NCBI GenBank assembly: GCA_963846575.1
Contig: CAWJWJ010000002.1
Location: forward strand, 448,001 to 512,000
From: an uncultured Nitrospiraceae bacterium
Lineage (GTDB): Bacteria > Nitrospirota > Nitrospiria > Nitrospirales > Nitrospiraceae
Direction of reading: 5' to 3'
DNA length: 64,000 nucleotides
The position numbers were made by a program, and so were the translations under genes. The notes under the pieces were generated by a model, which was not told the origin of the DNA, searched no databases, and was given only the letters and a program-made list of their open reading frames with translations. This document shows, in pieces, positions 1 to 10,652 of this stretch (positions are counted from its first letter, which is position 1; each line of letters begins with the position of its first letter).

Positions 1-1706
1 GGCCGGCACTCGTGCCGCCTGGGGAGTTGATTGCAGACGATTCTTTTCAATTGTGGGATCCGTGACATGCCCGCAATTCATGCAGCGGATCGTGCTCACC
101 CACATCCCTTGGGTCTCTCCGAGATCACAGCTCAAATCCCCAACCATCAACCCCTGGCATCGTGGACAGGTCATGCATCACCCCCTCGTGACATGTGATA
201 CATGAAGTCTATCGGGTTGGAGCGATTGCGATAGACCTGAAGGCAGTACTGCTTAAGAGGACACTACGCCCCTCAGACCGCCCAGTCCGAAAGGGGGCTA
301 CATGGCTTCGTGACTAGTTGGGTGACTATCGCCGCACCGACCTTCCTCACCATTGCTGAGGCGTGCGTGGTTAGCACCTGTTGGCCCGCCGTAGATCTCA
401 GCACACCTGCCCATCCAAAGGGACAATGTCCTCACCCGCCTCTGAACGATCTTCGCGAGGATGAGCGGCGTAGGGTGCCACCGTCTGCTGCCCACGCATG
501 CAGTTTTTCGGGCCAGCACAGCAACTAAACCGGGAGAGGGACCGTAGAGGAAGAAACGACAATCAAACCAAAATGTGCTAATGCAAACCTGTCTCAGTGA
601 AGGGGTTCACCCCAGAGCACTGTGGCTAAACTGTAGCAGCATTATCCTTCAGGTTTGATCGGTTCTTCTCCTGTCTCTGATTTTTGGGTAAGTACCGTGA
701 CGGGCAATAAAGAACACTGGGGGGCCTTGGCAACTGCTTAGGTGAACGCGAGAAAGCGATCGCAGCCTTTGATGATATCGGTCAGCACGACCAGTCCACA
801 GAGCGAAATGCACTAATCGAGCCCGGCGGTGGCTACGACATGCTGCTGACATCCGTACGCGCAGACGAAGAGCTTGAGACCGCGACTCACGAGTACCTGC
901 ACCCTTGCGTCATCGAGGTTTTTCACGCCCTCATCAATGAAGTACAAGTACACTCAAACCCTGCCAGCTCGGGGAGCTGTATGAGCGGCATGGCCGTCCC
1001 AAAGACGCCCTTTGCCATTACGCGGCGGCCAAACGGTGCCATCCAGGGCCACACTAAACCCAAGTGTCATTCGTCTTAATCAGATGCTGGTGCGGAGACC
1101 AGAGGCCTCGCCCGCGATTCACGAAGCCATGCTCGAAGATTACAGCGGGAACACATCGGACCTTGCGCCCGCGCATCGAGGACCAAGGAGGGCAAGATCA
1201 GGAGCGGAAAGAAAAAAGGCGGCCTCCCTGGGGTCTGTCACCAGAGAGACCGCCGATCACAATGAAGGGTCTGCTGCGGAAGCCGCGGCGTCTCAGCCGC
1301 TTTTTATGCGAGGCATTCCAGCGACTTCTTTCCGTACTCTCACCAGCTAGTATTGGGGGCAGATGAAGAGGAATCTCAGTCTGTACTCCGGCTGCCGCCT
1401 GTCACTCATCGACTCTTACCTCGCGAGGGTCTTCCTCCATTCCATTCGGCACGAGTGCACCGACGCGGAGGCGATTAAGGCCTGTGCGACCCTATCTGAA
1501 CCGTTCGGATGCGCGAATGTGAAGGATGCTTGACGCCTCGTCGACTCGTGATAGGGTGACCCAGTAACGGACACCGCCACTGCGGACGGACGGGCGCCAG
1601 GGCGGACTCTCCCCCTTTGTAACCCTCTTCCCCACAGCCGGGCTCACACAGTCGACATCGGCCACGCCGATGCCTTGTTGACCAATCTCCATGAAGGAAC
1701 CACACG

Positions 1707-3080
1707 ATGCACTCACTGCGTCATCAGTCTCGGATCGCCATCGAACGCCTCGGTCTGGTGAGTGGTCATGGCCACACCACGGAATGCCGGGTCTTAGATT
1801 TTACCGAAGAGGGATTCCGTCTTCAGACAGACGCGCTGTCCGTCCTGGTGGGCGACGTCGTGCACCTGACCTGTGCTCTGGGTGCCCACGACAACATCGA
1901 GTGCCGCGTGGTTGTGACGCATCTTCATCCGTCGGGCGTGGGGACACAGATCGTCGACATGTCGACCGAACACCGGGCGCGGCTTTCGCAGTTCATTGAG
2001 GATGTAATCACCGTCAATATCACGGACACGGTCGTGGTGGATCACGAGCCCCAACACAGGACACCTCGGATTACGTCGCATCCGGTGAGTCACCTGGTGC
2101 CCCTCCTTTGCCTCTGCGGCGTGATCGTGCTCGTCAGTGCCATTACGCCAGCGATCAAATATACGCTCCAGCATAGTGCCGTTGATTTTTTGGAACTGGC
2201 GACGAGCCGGGTCGCCATTGGATTTCTGTTTCTGGCGGGGATCACGGTCTGGTTTGATTTACCGGGTCTTCGATCGCTGACCCCGCGCGAGGTGGGAAAG
2301 CTGACGCTCTTAGGACTGCTGGGCGTCGGCGGGTACCCCATCGCCGCGTGGGGGCTGGTCTATACGAGCGTTACGCATTTCGCCATTATTTACAGCTTGC
2401 TGCCCACCTTTACGACGATGTTGAGCATCGCGCGTGGCAGGGACCACGCCACTGTCGCGAGTGTGACTGGCCTGCTCCTGTCCTGGGCTGGCTGTCTGCT
2501 GGCCGTCCTAGCCAGCCCCACCGTTTCAGGCAAGGGGTGGGGCGTGGGAGATGTCCTGATCTTGCTGTTTACGTTGATGATGTCCTGCTACCTCGTCGTG
2601 AGCCCGAACACCATCAAGCGAGTGGGGGTGTGGACGGCAAATACGATGATGTTTGGCACGGCCTCACTCGTCCTCCTGTCGGGCGAGGCGGCCCAAGGCA
2701 CGCTATTCCTGCATGATCTGCCCGCTATGGTGTATGGCTTGCTCTTCTTCATCGGCACCGCCACCGCTGGGGTCTTCTTGTTGCGCTCTCGGGCGCTGCA
2801 ATCGCTCTCGCCAGCCGTGGTGGGTGCGTACCACAATCTCATTCCGATCTGCACCATTGGCTTGGCCTATATGTGGTTGAGCGAGGCCGTCACCGTCTCT
2901 ACCTGCCTTGGCGCGCTCGCCGTCGTAGCGGGGACCGAATTGATCCGACGTGCCCCGTGCTTCGGTCGGCAGGGACGCCACCCGTCTGGCGTCGGACTGA
3001 CATGTCCCCCGTCATCAAGCGAGACGATGTTCAAGGGAGACCCAGCAGGCCTACCTGATCTCCCTGCGAGGGTCGCCTGA
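1707..3080 (+). CDS. PilZ domain fused to EamA/DMT family transporter
   Basis: N-terminal ~105 aa has PilZ-like RxxxR (RHQSR) and D-x-S/T-x-x-G (DFTEEG) motifs; the rest is ~10 hydrophobic helices in two EamA-like halves (e.g. YSLLPTFT, YHNLIPICTIGLAYMWLSE). SD-like AAGGA upstream. Confidence 0.8.
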   Translation: MHSLRHQSRIAIERLGLVSGHGHTTECRVLDFTEEGFRLQTDALSVLVGDVVHLTCALGAHDNIECRVVVTHLHPSGVGTQIVDMSTEHRARLSQFIEDVITVNITDTVVVDHEPQHRTPRITSHPVSHLVPLLCLCGVIVLVSAITPAIKYTLQHSAVDFLELATSRVAIGFLFLAGITVWFDLPGLRSLTPREVGKLTLLGLLGVGGYPIAAWGLVYTSVTHFAIIYSLLPTFTTMLSIARGRDHATVASVTGLLLSWAGCLLAVLASPTVSGKGWGVGDVLILLFTLMMSCYLVVSPNTIKRVGVWTANTMMFGTASLVLLSGEAAQGTLFLHDLPAMVYGLLFFIGTATAGVFLLRSRALQSLSPAVVGAYHNLIPICTIGLAYMWLSEAVTVSTCLGALAVVAGTELIRRAPCFGRQGRHPSGVGLTCPPSSSETMFKGDPAGLPDLPARVA

Positions 3081-3279
3081 AGGCCTCGCATCAGGATGCC
3101 AGGGTCCGGGGCCCGAGCGACGCACCCGTGAACGCTCCCACGAAGCCATCACCATGGGGCGCGGAGCCTGGCCCAATGGTATTCATGGCACATGAAAAGG
3201 GTTACACTACCTCACCGTCAGCAGCGACTGGCACCAAATCAGAGGGATTCATTCATGTGGGTACGCTTCGGCAGATGGA

Positions 3280-3561
3280 AGATGGGAGGTTACAAACCGG
3301 ATGACACCGGCTCCGATACCCACGACCCTTCGAGCGCCATGGCCCACCACGGAAGAGTTCGTCCGCGTCGCCACACGGTCGCGAGGTTGAACAGCCTGTC
3401 CAGAAGGGCGTAGCCACCGAAGAGCCACGCCAAAGCCACCATTGGAGGGAAGCGGCAACAGAAAGGTGATGACACCAATGAGAACGCTCACGTGCCCTCG
3501 GATCGCGATGCCCCACCAGGTTTCTCGAAGCAAGAACAGTAGCCTGTGAGGTGTCGTTCAC
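3280..3561 (-). pseudogene. HdeD/DUF308 family membrane protein remnant, frameshifted, N-terminal half only
   Basis: Pieces in three frames join to LASRN/WWGIAIRG..VLIG..FLLP/ALAWLFGGYALLD.LFNL..WRR..LPWWAMALEG/VGIGAGVI, the typical HdeD pattern. Confidence 0.65.
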
Positions 3562-4109
3562 CGGAGTCGCTAACCTGAATCGTAACAAGCGGACCTCGTC
3601 AGTGAGCTCCACTATAAAATGAAACGAGAAAGCCCACGGCTAATCCCGCAGTGACCCACCAAAATATTACTACCTCTCGCTTCTTACGTCCTTGGGGAAT
3701 CGGCTCAAAAGTGCGGCCTTTAAGTCTTCAAAAAACAGTTCATGATCGAGACAGTGTTTCCTTTTTTCCAAAGCTAGAGGGATAGGTGGCGTAGCAGTTC
3801 CCTCTGCTTTTTCTTCGAATCACCGTTTGTAACTGGCTGCCCGAATGTGTGCGTGGACCAGATGCGAGTGGCTCTGGGCACGCCGAACCGCTACGCAACT
3901 CACTTGGTGTGCTGGAGGGGATCTCGCAGCTTCAAGCGCCTCGGTCCCAGGAGGGTGCTTAGTGCCTGGAGAGGAGGACTCTAACGCCACAGCCGCAACT
4001 GAGCGCGTCGAGAGACGACCAGTGAGGGTAGAGCGATCAAGACGGTGCGGAACCGATTGATTACCCATGTTCGGCGCACCGGAAAGTGCGATGGGCGTAG
4101 GGAAAGATG

Positions 4110-5066
4110 CTAGGGGGTCAGATCATCGTAGGTGTAGATGGATCGCATATCCAGCACCTCGGAGGGTCGCATCGGGGGAGAAATGAGCGAGTCCATCTGA
4201 TCGTTGATCCGGTGGCCTCGTAAGGCCGATGGCGCACTTTGTGGCGGTGCATAGGACCGTCCGTTTTGCGTGAGCCAGCCTTCCCAGAGGCGGTCCACGT
4301 TGCAGTGATTCAGGTAAAACACCGGGTCGTTGGGAGAGCTCGACGGCAGCATGTCTCCACCCACCCAGACATGCACACGGTTATGGAGCGCCGGCGCGGC
4401 GGGCGGCGCCCAGCCCTCAAGCCGATTGCGGAATCCTGAGGAAGAGGTATCCCAGGGCGCGGTATCATACGGGGTCATGGTCACCACTCCCTGGGTGTCG
4501 GTGGTTGTGGGCAACACTGAGATCTGCGAACCCAACGCACGTCGCAACCCGCGATTCACCTGCACGAGCTGTCCATTGACGTTCGCTTCGATCCGCACGC
4601 GGAAACTGTTGGAGTTAGCCGCGTTGTATCTGAACGGTCCGGTTCTGACTGGACTCCCTGAGCTCCCAAGTGCGTTGGGGGCCCACAAGGCCGATCGCCT
4701 CTGCTCCGCGGGAGACCCCGCACCGTCGGCGGCCCAGTCCCAATATGGCAGCCCGAATGTCGTGTCATTCAGGACTCGCTGAAAATTCAGTTCAAGTTGA
4801 TACAACATGAAGCGGTGCCAAGGGCAAAAGACTGGCCCCCGATGGGCGGCGTTGCGATCACCTTGCGTGGGCGGGGTCAGGGTCGACATGGCTGTGTGGT
4901 GCCAGACGACGAAGAGGTCATAGGTACTCACGAGGCGCGAGGGTCCCGCGATGCCAAGACTCGTGGTCGTGGGACCAGTAAACTCTCGTTTCAGCAGCAT
5001 GACGCCCTGAGTGTACTGTTGCCTCACCGCAGGGTTTGCCAGAACATTGAATCGGGTGACTGCCAT
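4110..5066 (-). CDS. Tyrosinase (type-3 dicopper enzyme, MelC2-like)
   Basis: CuA: WHH...AHRGPVFCPWHR; CuB: LHNRVH...SPNDPVFYLNHCNVDRLW. Start chosen at MAVTRF, which has a GGAAGG SD. Confidence 0.93.
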   Translation of the reverse strand: MAVTRFNVLANPAVRQQYTQGVMLLKREFTGPTTTSLGIAGPSRLVSTYDLFVVWHHTAMSTLTPPTQGDRNAAHRGPVFCPWHRFMLYQLELNFQRVLNDTTFGLPYWDWAADGAGSPAEQRRSALWAPNALGSSGSPVRTGPFRYNAANSNSFRVRIEANVNGQLVQVNRGLRRALGSQISVLPTTTDTQGVVTMTPYDTAPWDTSSSGFRNRLEGWAPPAAPALHNRVHVWVGGDMLPSSSPNDPVFYLNHCNVDRLWEGWLTQNGRSYAPPQSAPSALRGHRINDQMDSLISPPMRPSEVLDMRSIYTYDDLTP

Positions 5067-5091
5067 GTGGGTGCTATCCTTCCGGTGGCGT

Positions 5092-5484
5092 CTAGTGATG
5101 CGGGCGAGTGCGTGTAGGCTTCCGTGCCGGACGTCGGCGACGAGTCCGTGGTGCCTTTTTGGAGAAGTCATCGGGGAACACGTCAATGAGTTGTTTTACT
5201 AAATCAATGGCCGAGGCAAACGACATATTCGGCACGGGATGATAATGCACCTGCCCATCATTCGTCACGCCCATATGGCCGGTCACCGCACGCCCGTCCA
5301 CTTCGATCTCATAGTGAGTGCGTACGACAATATGATGGCCCTGATAGTCGGCCTCTCGAACGCTGTCGGTCACAGGGTGCTGGTGTTGCTGCAGGTGCAG
5401 AACGCGGTTTGCATTCTTCTGCACGTAGGAGGCAATGGATTGCACCGTCGGGCGGGGCCGTGCCCGACTCTTGGATTTTGGCAT
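5092..5484 (-). CDS. Probable tyrosinase caddie / copper chaperone (MelC1/GriE-like)
   Basis: Directly upstream of and co-oriented with the tyrosinase; His-rich; YQGHHIVV..IEVDGR..HM..NDGQ..YHP..SAIDLVKQLID resembles the MelC1 core. GGAGG SD. Confidence 0.65.
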   Translation of the reverse strand: MPKSKSRARPRPTVQSIASYVQKNANRVLHLQQHQHPVTDSVREADYQGHHIVVRTHYEIEVDGRAVTGHMGVTNDGQVHYHPVPNMSFASAIDLVKQLIDVFPDDFSKKAPRTRRRRPARKPTRTRPHH

Positions 5485-6443
5485 ATTGGTCCTCCGATTG
5501 CGGGGTGCTCTCGCGCATCGTAGCTAGATCGGTGAACGAGAGCAACTGCTGAGTATGCGCTGTGTCGATGTGACCACCGTCTAAGAATGGCTTCTACAGT
5601 AGGTAATTCGGGAGCAAGTTGTCCTATCGACCGGAGTGGCGTGGAACCGCAGCCCCAACATGTGCCGTGGTGGGTGCTGTGCTGTTTTCGAGAGCGTTAT
5701 GTGCACCCACAGAAAGCATAGCCCCATGACGAAGAATCAATGCCAGGTCGTCGAATAGTACTACGTGCTCTCGGAGCGCATTGTACGGGTCTAGCCACAC
5801 TCCCTGCGACTCCAGTGAGCCTGTAGTTATAGACTAAGCGCCTGGGAGCTGCTCGTAAGCCTTCGTTGGCCAACAGGTCACTCGCTCCCTCCCCTCTCTG
5901 TCCTTCCCTGCGTTGCATAGAATGGCTCGCCATGCACGCCAAGTACGCTACCCTAATCATTCGTGCCCTCCCGTTAGAGGAGGTAGTGTAGGTAGACGCC
6001 TACAGAGCCCATTGGTTCTATTGGTAGTGAAAGAACAATGCTAATGCTACTGTATTCACCTGGCATGTGTGTTCAGTCACTATCCCTAGTGGCGAACCAA
6101 AGGTGGGCTTAACGTCAATGGATGAAGGATTTTAGACTTCCATGCTGGGGGAGTTCGATGTGGATGGACCCCCAAGGACACCCTGTCGAGCTAAAATACC
6201 GCACGATTAGACTACATCGCACGCTCTGCGAGCGCCCATCATCACGTTAAGGGATTGCTTCGGTCCCCGAAGGTGAATCTGCCAGTACTTCGTAGGCTTT
6301 CTATGTGCCACCGCCTTCATGCGGCTCCATTTCGCGAACTAGGGATCCCACTAGCTTCTACGTCTCTAGGATTTCTGTACCTTCCTTTTGGGAAAATCCT
6401 TAGTCGGAACACCGTCGGCTCTTTCTGATCGGAGGTTGCAGCT

Positions 6444-7958
6444 ATGCCAGCAAAGCACGACCCAATAACGGCGGGCACTCAACTAGAAAAAGAAGCCAAG
6501 CTCCGAACCGTCATTGAGTCGGTCCCGAATGGCATTCTCATGGTTGATGAACAAGGCAAAATCACGCTGTGTAACACGGAAGCCGAACGAATGTTTGGCT
6601 ATGGTCGGAATGAACTATTGAACATGCCCATTGAAACGCTGGTGCCGAAAAAAATCCGTGAAAGGCATCCGAGCTATCGGGACAGTTTTCTGCACGATCC
6701 ATCCAAACGACAAATGGGGGCCGGCCGCGATCTGACCGGCATTCGCAAAGACGGGGCTGAGATTCCCGTGGAGATCGGGCTCAATCATATCAAAACCGAG
6801 CAAGGCCCCTTCGTAGTTGCCTCGGTCGTGGACATAACCGAGCGAAAAAAACAGGAAGAAAAATTTCGCACCATCGTCGAATCCGTGCCGAACGGCATCA
6901 TCATGGTCGATACGACAGGGTCTATCACGCTCAGTAATTCTGAGGCGGAAAAAATGTTCGGCTATGACCGAGGTGAATTGCTCGGCAAGAAAGTCGAATC
7001 CCTGGTCCCCATGCGATACCAGGGCAATCATCCTCGCGACCGGGACCGATTCATTGATTCCCCCCAGAAACGCCAGATGGGAGCGGGTCGTGACCTTTCG
7101 GGCCTCAAAAAGGACGGCACAGAAATTCCGGTTGAAATTGGACTGAATCCGATTGAAACCCCCGAAGGGCGCTATATTCTCGCGTCAATTCTGGATATTA
7201 GCGAGCGCAAAGGCATCGACGACAAGCTGCACAAGGCTTACGAAGAGGTACAGCAGAAAAACCAGGAGATGGAGCAGTTCGTCTACACCGTCTCCCACGA
7301 TCTCAAGGCTCCGCTCGTGACCAGCATGTCCTTTATGGGATTCCTCAAGGAAGACATCGCCGGTCAAAACTTTGAGGAAGTGGCCGACTCACTGGTCCGC
7401 CTGGAAAAGGCGCATAAGCGCATGCAGGAACTCATTGATGACCTGTTGCAGGTGAGCCGCATTGGCCGCATGGAACTCCATTACGAACCGGTGGTGCTCA
7501 AAGAGGTGCTCATGGAAGTGGGGGAGAATGCGGCGGAGCGATTACAGTCCACAAATGCGCGGTTTGAGTATGCAGCCGATTTTCCTGAGCTGATGGCGGA
7601 TCGGAAGCGCGTTGCCCAGGCCTTTGAAAACCTCATCGGCAATGCACTCAAGTATACCGCTGAGGGAGCACAGCCCGTGGTGCAAGTATTGTGGAGCGAT
7701 GCTGGACATGAACTCCATGTGTGCATCAAAGACAACGGCCCAGGGATCGAGCCACAATACCATGCCAAGATTTTTGGGCTATTCCAACGGTTGGATTCCA
7801 GCAAGGAAGGCACGGGCGTCGGGCTCACGATCGTCTCTCGTATCATGCAGCTCCATGGGGGTCGCGTGTGGGTGCAGTCTGCATTAGGCCAGGGCTCTGA
7901 ATTTTGGCTTGCGTTTCCAAAAGTGCCCACGCGAAAGGAGTCCATAAATGCCAACTGA
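6444..7958 (+). CDS. Cytoplasmic PAS-PAS sensor histidine kinase (Cph1-like HisKA/HATPase)
   Basis: Two similar PAS/PAC repeats; H-box VSHDLKAPL; N-box ENLIGNALKY; DNGPGI; GTGVGL. Confidence 0.93.
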   Translation: MPAKHDPITAGTQLEKEAKLRTVIESVPNGILMVDEQGKITLCNTEAERMFGYGRNELLNMPIETLVPKKIRERHPSYRDSFLHDPSKRQMGAGRDLTGIRKDGAEIPVEIGLNHIKTEQGPFVVASVVDITERKKQEEKFRTIVESVPNGIIMVDTTGSITLSNSEAEKMFGYDRGELLGKKVESLVPMRYQGNHPRDRDRFIDSPQKRQMGAGRDLSGLKKDGTEIPVEIGLNPIETPEGRYILASILDISERKGIDDKLHKAYEEVQQKNQEMEQFVYTVSHDLKAPLVTSMSFMGFLKEDIAGQNFEEVADSLVRLEKAHKRMQELIDDLLQVSRIGRMELHYEPVVLKEVLMEVGENAAERLQSTNARFEYAADFPELMADRKRVAQAFENLIGNALKYTAEGAQPVVQVLWSDAGHELHVCIKDNGPGIEPQYHAKIFGLFQRLDSSKEGTGVGLTIVSRIMQLHGGRVWVQSALGQGSEFWLAFPKVPTRKESINAN

Positions 7959-8412
7959 AGCCGTCGCTAGAAGTATGAAGTTTCTCCTGGTTGAGGACGA
8001 TGACGACCACGCCACGATCGTCATCCGATGTCTACGAAGAGAGAATGGTCTCAATACCGTTGACCGCGCCACCGATGGCGTCGAAGCAATCCAATATTTG
8101 AAGGGGGAGGCGCCCTTTCAGGACAAATCGCTGCCAGACGTGATCTTGCTGGACCTGAAGCTGCCCAAAAAAGACGGCCATGAAGTGTTGGCGGAAATCA
8201 AACGGGACGAACGCCTACGGGTGATTCCCGTCGTCGTACTAAGCACCTCCGACGCCGAAAGTGATCGCATGCAAGCGTATCATCTGCATGCCAACAGCTA
8301 CCTGGTGAAGCCACTCAGCGGGGAGTACTTCAAAAAGATGATTCAAGATATGAGTCTGTACTGGGGCAGTTGGAACCGATCCCCCAACATTGCATTGACG
8401 CCTAGTGCCTAA
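7948..8412 (+). CDS. Single-domain response regulator (Rcp1-like)
   Basis: LLVEDD, LLDLKLPKKDG, ANSYLVKP; overlaps the kinase stop. Confidence 0.92.
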   Translation: MPTEAVARSMKFLLVEDDDDHATIVIRCLRRENGLNTVDRATDGVEAIQYLKGEAPFQDKSLPDVILLDLKLPKKDGHEVLAEIKRDERLRVIPVVVLSTSDAESDRMQAYHLHANSYLVKPLSGEYFKKMIQDMSLYWGSWNRSPNIALTPSA

Positions 8413-10543
8413 CGCCACTCAGCTCAGCGTCCTCTTGATTGAGGACAACGACGAGCACGCGACCATTATTGCTCGACACTTGAGGCAAGTCGAAGATGCC
8501 CGCGTGGTCGTCTCGCGGGCCTCGTGTCTGGCCGATGGGCTGAGTCTGCTCGCGGCGAAGCGATTCGATGCCCTTCTCTTGGACCTCCAACTGCCCGATA
8601 GCCAGATAGACGAGACCTTGCGCTGCACGCTGAAGTATACCGTCGAGGTCCCGATCATCGTTATTTCCACCATTGAAGAACGCGCCCTCGCCAAGCAAGC
8701 GTTGAAGGAAGGGGCGCAAGCCTACCTCTGCAAAGCCGATCTCTCGTCGGAGCTGCTCTACCGAGCCATCGATTATGCCATTGAGCGGCAAGTGACCGAC
8801 GCCCGCCTGCGCGCAGAGGTTTCGCGGAAACAGGTTCTGTTCGATCTCAGTCAACAGGCCTTATATGAGAAGGACGTGGTCTGCCTCTTTGACAGGGCAG
8901 TGTCCACATTGTCGCATGCATTGCACGTTAAGTTCGTCATCTTGATGGAGTTTCTCCCAGACGAAAACCGGTTTCTCTTACGCGCGGGCACGGGGTGGAA
9001 AGACGGCCTTGTTGGACGGGAGAAAGTTGGGGCCGAATTGGACTCGCTGGCGGGCTTCACGCTTCGCGCCAGCCGTCCGACGATTCCAGGGAATCTGAGC
9101 ACCCTCGAACCGGTGATCATTAGTGATCTGACGACGGAAAGACGTTTTTCTCCCGCCCCGTTCCTGCCCGATCACGGCATCATCAGCGGCCTCAGTGTCG
9201 TTATCCATGGCAAGGACCAGGCGCATCCCTATGGCATCTTGGGGGTGCATTCGGCAACCCGTCGTGAGTTCACAGCCGATGAAGCCCAGCTTCTCCAATC
9301 GGCGGCGAACGTGTTGGCGGCGGCGCTCTTGCGAGTACAGCTCGAAGGGGACCTCATAGAATTGAACGCCGACTTAGAGCGCCGGGTGGCGAAACGCACC
9401 CATGACCTGGAGCAATCTCAGACGCTTCTGCGCGGATTAGCCACCAAGCTGAACCTGGCTGAACAGCGCGAACGCAAGCGGGTGGCGACGGAATTACACG
9501 ACCATCTGGCCCAAATGCTCGTACTCGGACGCCTAAAGCTGGGAGAGGCAAAGCAAAGCGTATTATTGGACTCCGAGTGCCAGGCCTTGCTGGGTGAAGC
9601 GGACAAGGCGCTGAGGGACTCGCTATCCTACGCTCGCACACTCGTTGCCAGTCTCAGCCCCTCTGTTCTGTATGAGTTCGGCTTACCGACAGCGATTAAG
9701 TGGCTGGCCGACCAGATGCAGCAGTACAACCTAACGGTCATTCTCGAATTACCGGATGGGCCTCCCATATCCCTGCCCGAAGACCAGGCCGTGCTGGTCT
9801 TTCAGTCGGTGCGTGAACTACTCATGAACAGCGCGAAACATTCCCAGTCTTCTCAGGCCAGAGTTATCCTGCAATATCGACAGGAGGCATTACGGGTCGA
9901 AGTGCGGGATCAGGGCGTGGGCTTCGATGTAGCGGCATTGACGCAAGCGGGGCTCTCACCTAAATTCGGTCTTTTCAGCATCCGTGAGCGCATGACGGCG
10001 TTGGGTGGGTCGTTTACGATTCAGTCTGAGGACGGACATGGAACGCTCGCCGTGTTGACCTTGCCCATGCCACGAGAAGTGCCTCACCCATCGCCTGAGC
10101 TTGAGCCCGCAGTCCAACGTAGGGCGCTCATCGCTCAGTTGGCGTCACAGGCCGTCCAAGCGGACACCGGAGTGCAAGTGTTGCTGGTGGATGACCATGC
10201 CATGATACGGCAAGGCTTACGCAGCGTACTTGAGAGGTATTCGGACATTTGTGTGGTCGGGGAAGCGTGCGATGGCGTGGAAGCGATTGCCCAAGCCGAC
10301 CGGCTGTGCCCGTCGGTCGTCGTGATGGACATCAACATGCCAAACATGAATGGCATTGACGCGACGAGCATGATCAAGACCCGTCACCCCGAAATGGTGG
10401 TCATCGGATTATCAGTCAACGCCTCGCCTGAGAATGACCACGCCATGCGGGGAGCAGGGGCGGTGCTGCTGCTCACCAAAGAGGCGGCTGTGGAACAACT
10501 CCACGCATGCATTCGAGAAGCCATGCATGGATCCAGACCCTAA
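8405..10543 (+). CDS. Hybrid kinase REC-GAF-HisKA_3-HATPase-REC
   Basis: N-terminal REC (LIEDN, LLDLQLP), GAF (GILGVHS..RREFT), ELHDHLAQ H-box, DQGVGF, C-terminal NarL-like REC (VDDH, MDINMP). Confidence 0.92.
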   Translation: MPNATQLSVLLIEDNDEHATIIARHLRQVEDARVVVSRASCLADGLSLLAAKRFDALLLDLQLPDSQIDETLRCTLKYTVEVPIIVISTIEERALAKQALKEGAQAYLCKADLSSELLYRAIDYAIERQVTDARLRAEVSRKQVLFDLSQQALYEKDVVCLFDRAVSTLSHALHVKFVILMEFLPDENRFLLRAGTGWKDGLVGREKVGAELDSLAGFTLRASRPTIPGNLSTLEPVIISDLTTERRFSPAPFLPDHGIISGLSVVIHGKDQAHPYGILGVHSATRREFTADEAQLLQSAANVLAAALLRVQLEGDLIELNADLERRVAKRTHDLEQSQTLLRGLATKLNLAEQRERKRVATELHDHLAQMLVLGRLKLGEAKQSVLLDSECQALLGEADKALRDSLSYARTLVASLSPSVLYEFGLPTAIKWLADQMQQYNLTVILELPDGPPISLPEDQAVLVFQSVRELLMNSAKHSQSSQARVILQYRQEALRVEVRDQGVGFDVAALTQAGLSPKFGLFSIRERMTALGGSFTIQSEDGHGTLAVLTLPMPREVPHPSPELEPAVQRRALIAQLASQAVQADTGVQVLLVDDHAMIRQGLRSVLERYSDICVVGEACDGVEAIAQADRLCPSVVVMDINMPNMNGIDATSMIKTRHPEMVVIGLSVNASPENDHAMRGAGAVLLLTKEAAVEQLHACIREAMHGSRP

Positions 10544-10652
10544 GGCAGGCTGCACCCGTTCCATTCAGCAGGGACGGGGGAATCGCAGATTAGCATAGAG
10601 AGAGTGGGCAACACTCTCTCTATTGCCACGGAGTCAAAGCGGGCGGAGGTGT

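Noticed and set aside
1..1700. Short ORFs and a possible riboswitch upstream of the PilZ-EamA gene
   Set aside because: No recognisable protein motif; GCCACTG at ~1576 lacks the rest of a cobalamin riboswitch and no c-di-GMP riboswitch consensus was seen. An Rfam scan is needed.
5500..6360. Gene or ncRNA in the long intergenic region
   Set aside because: No convincing ORF, SD or structure found.
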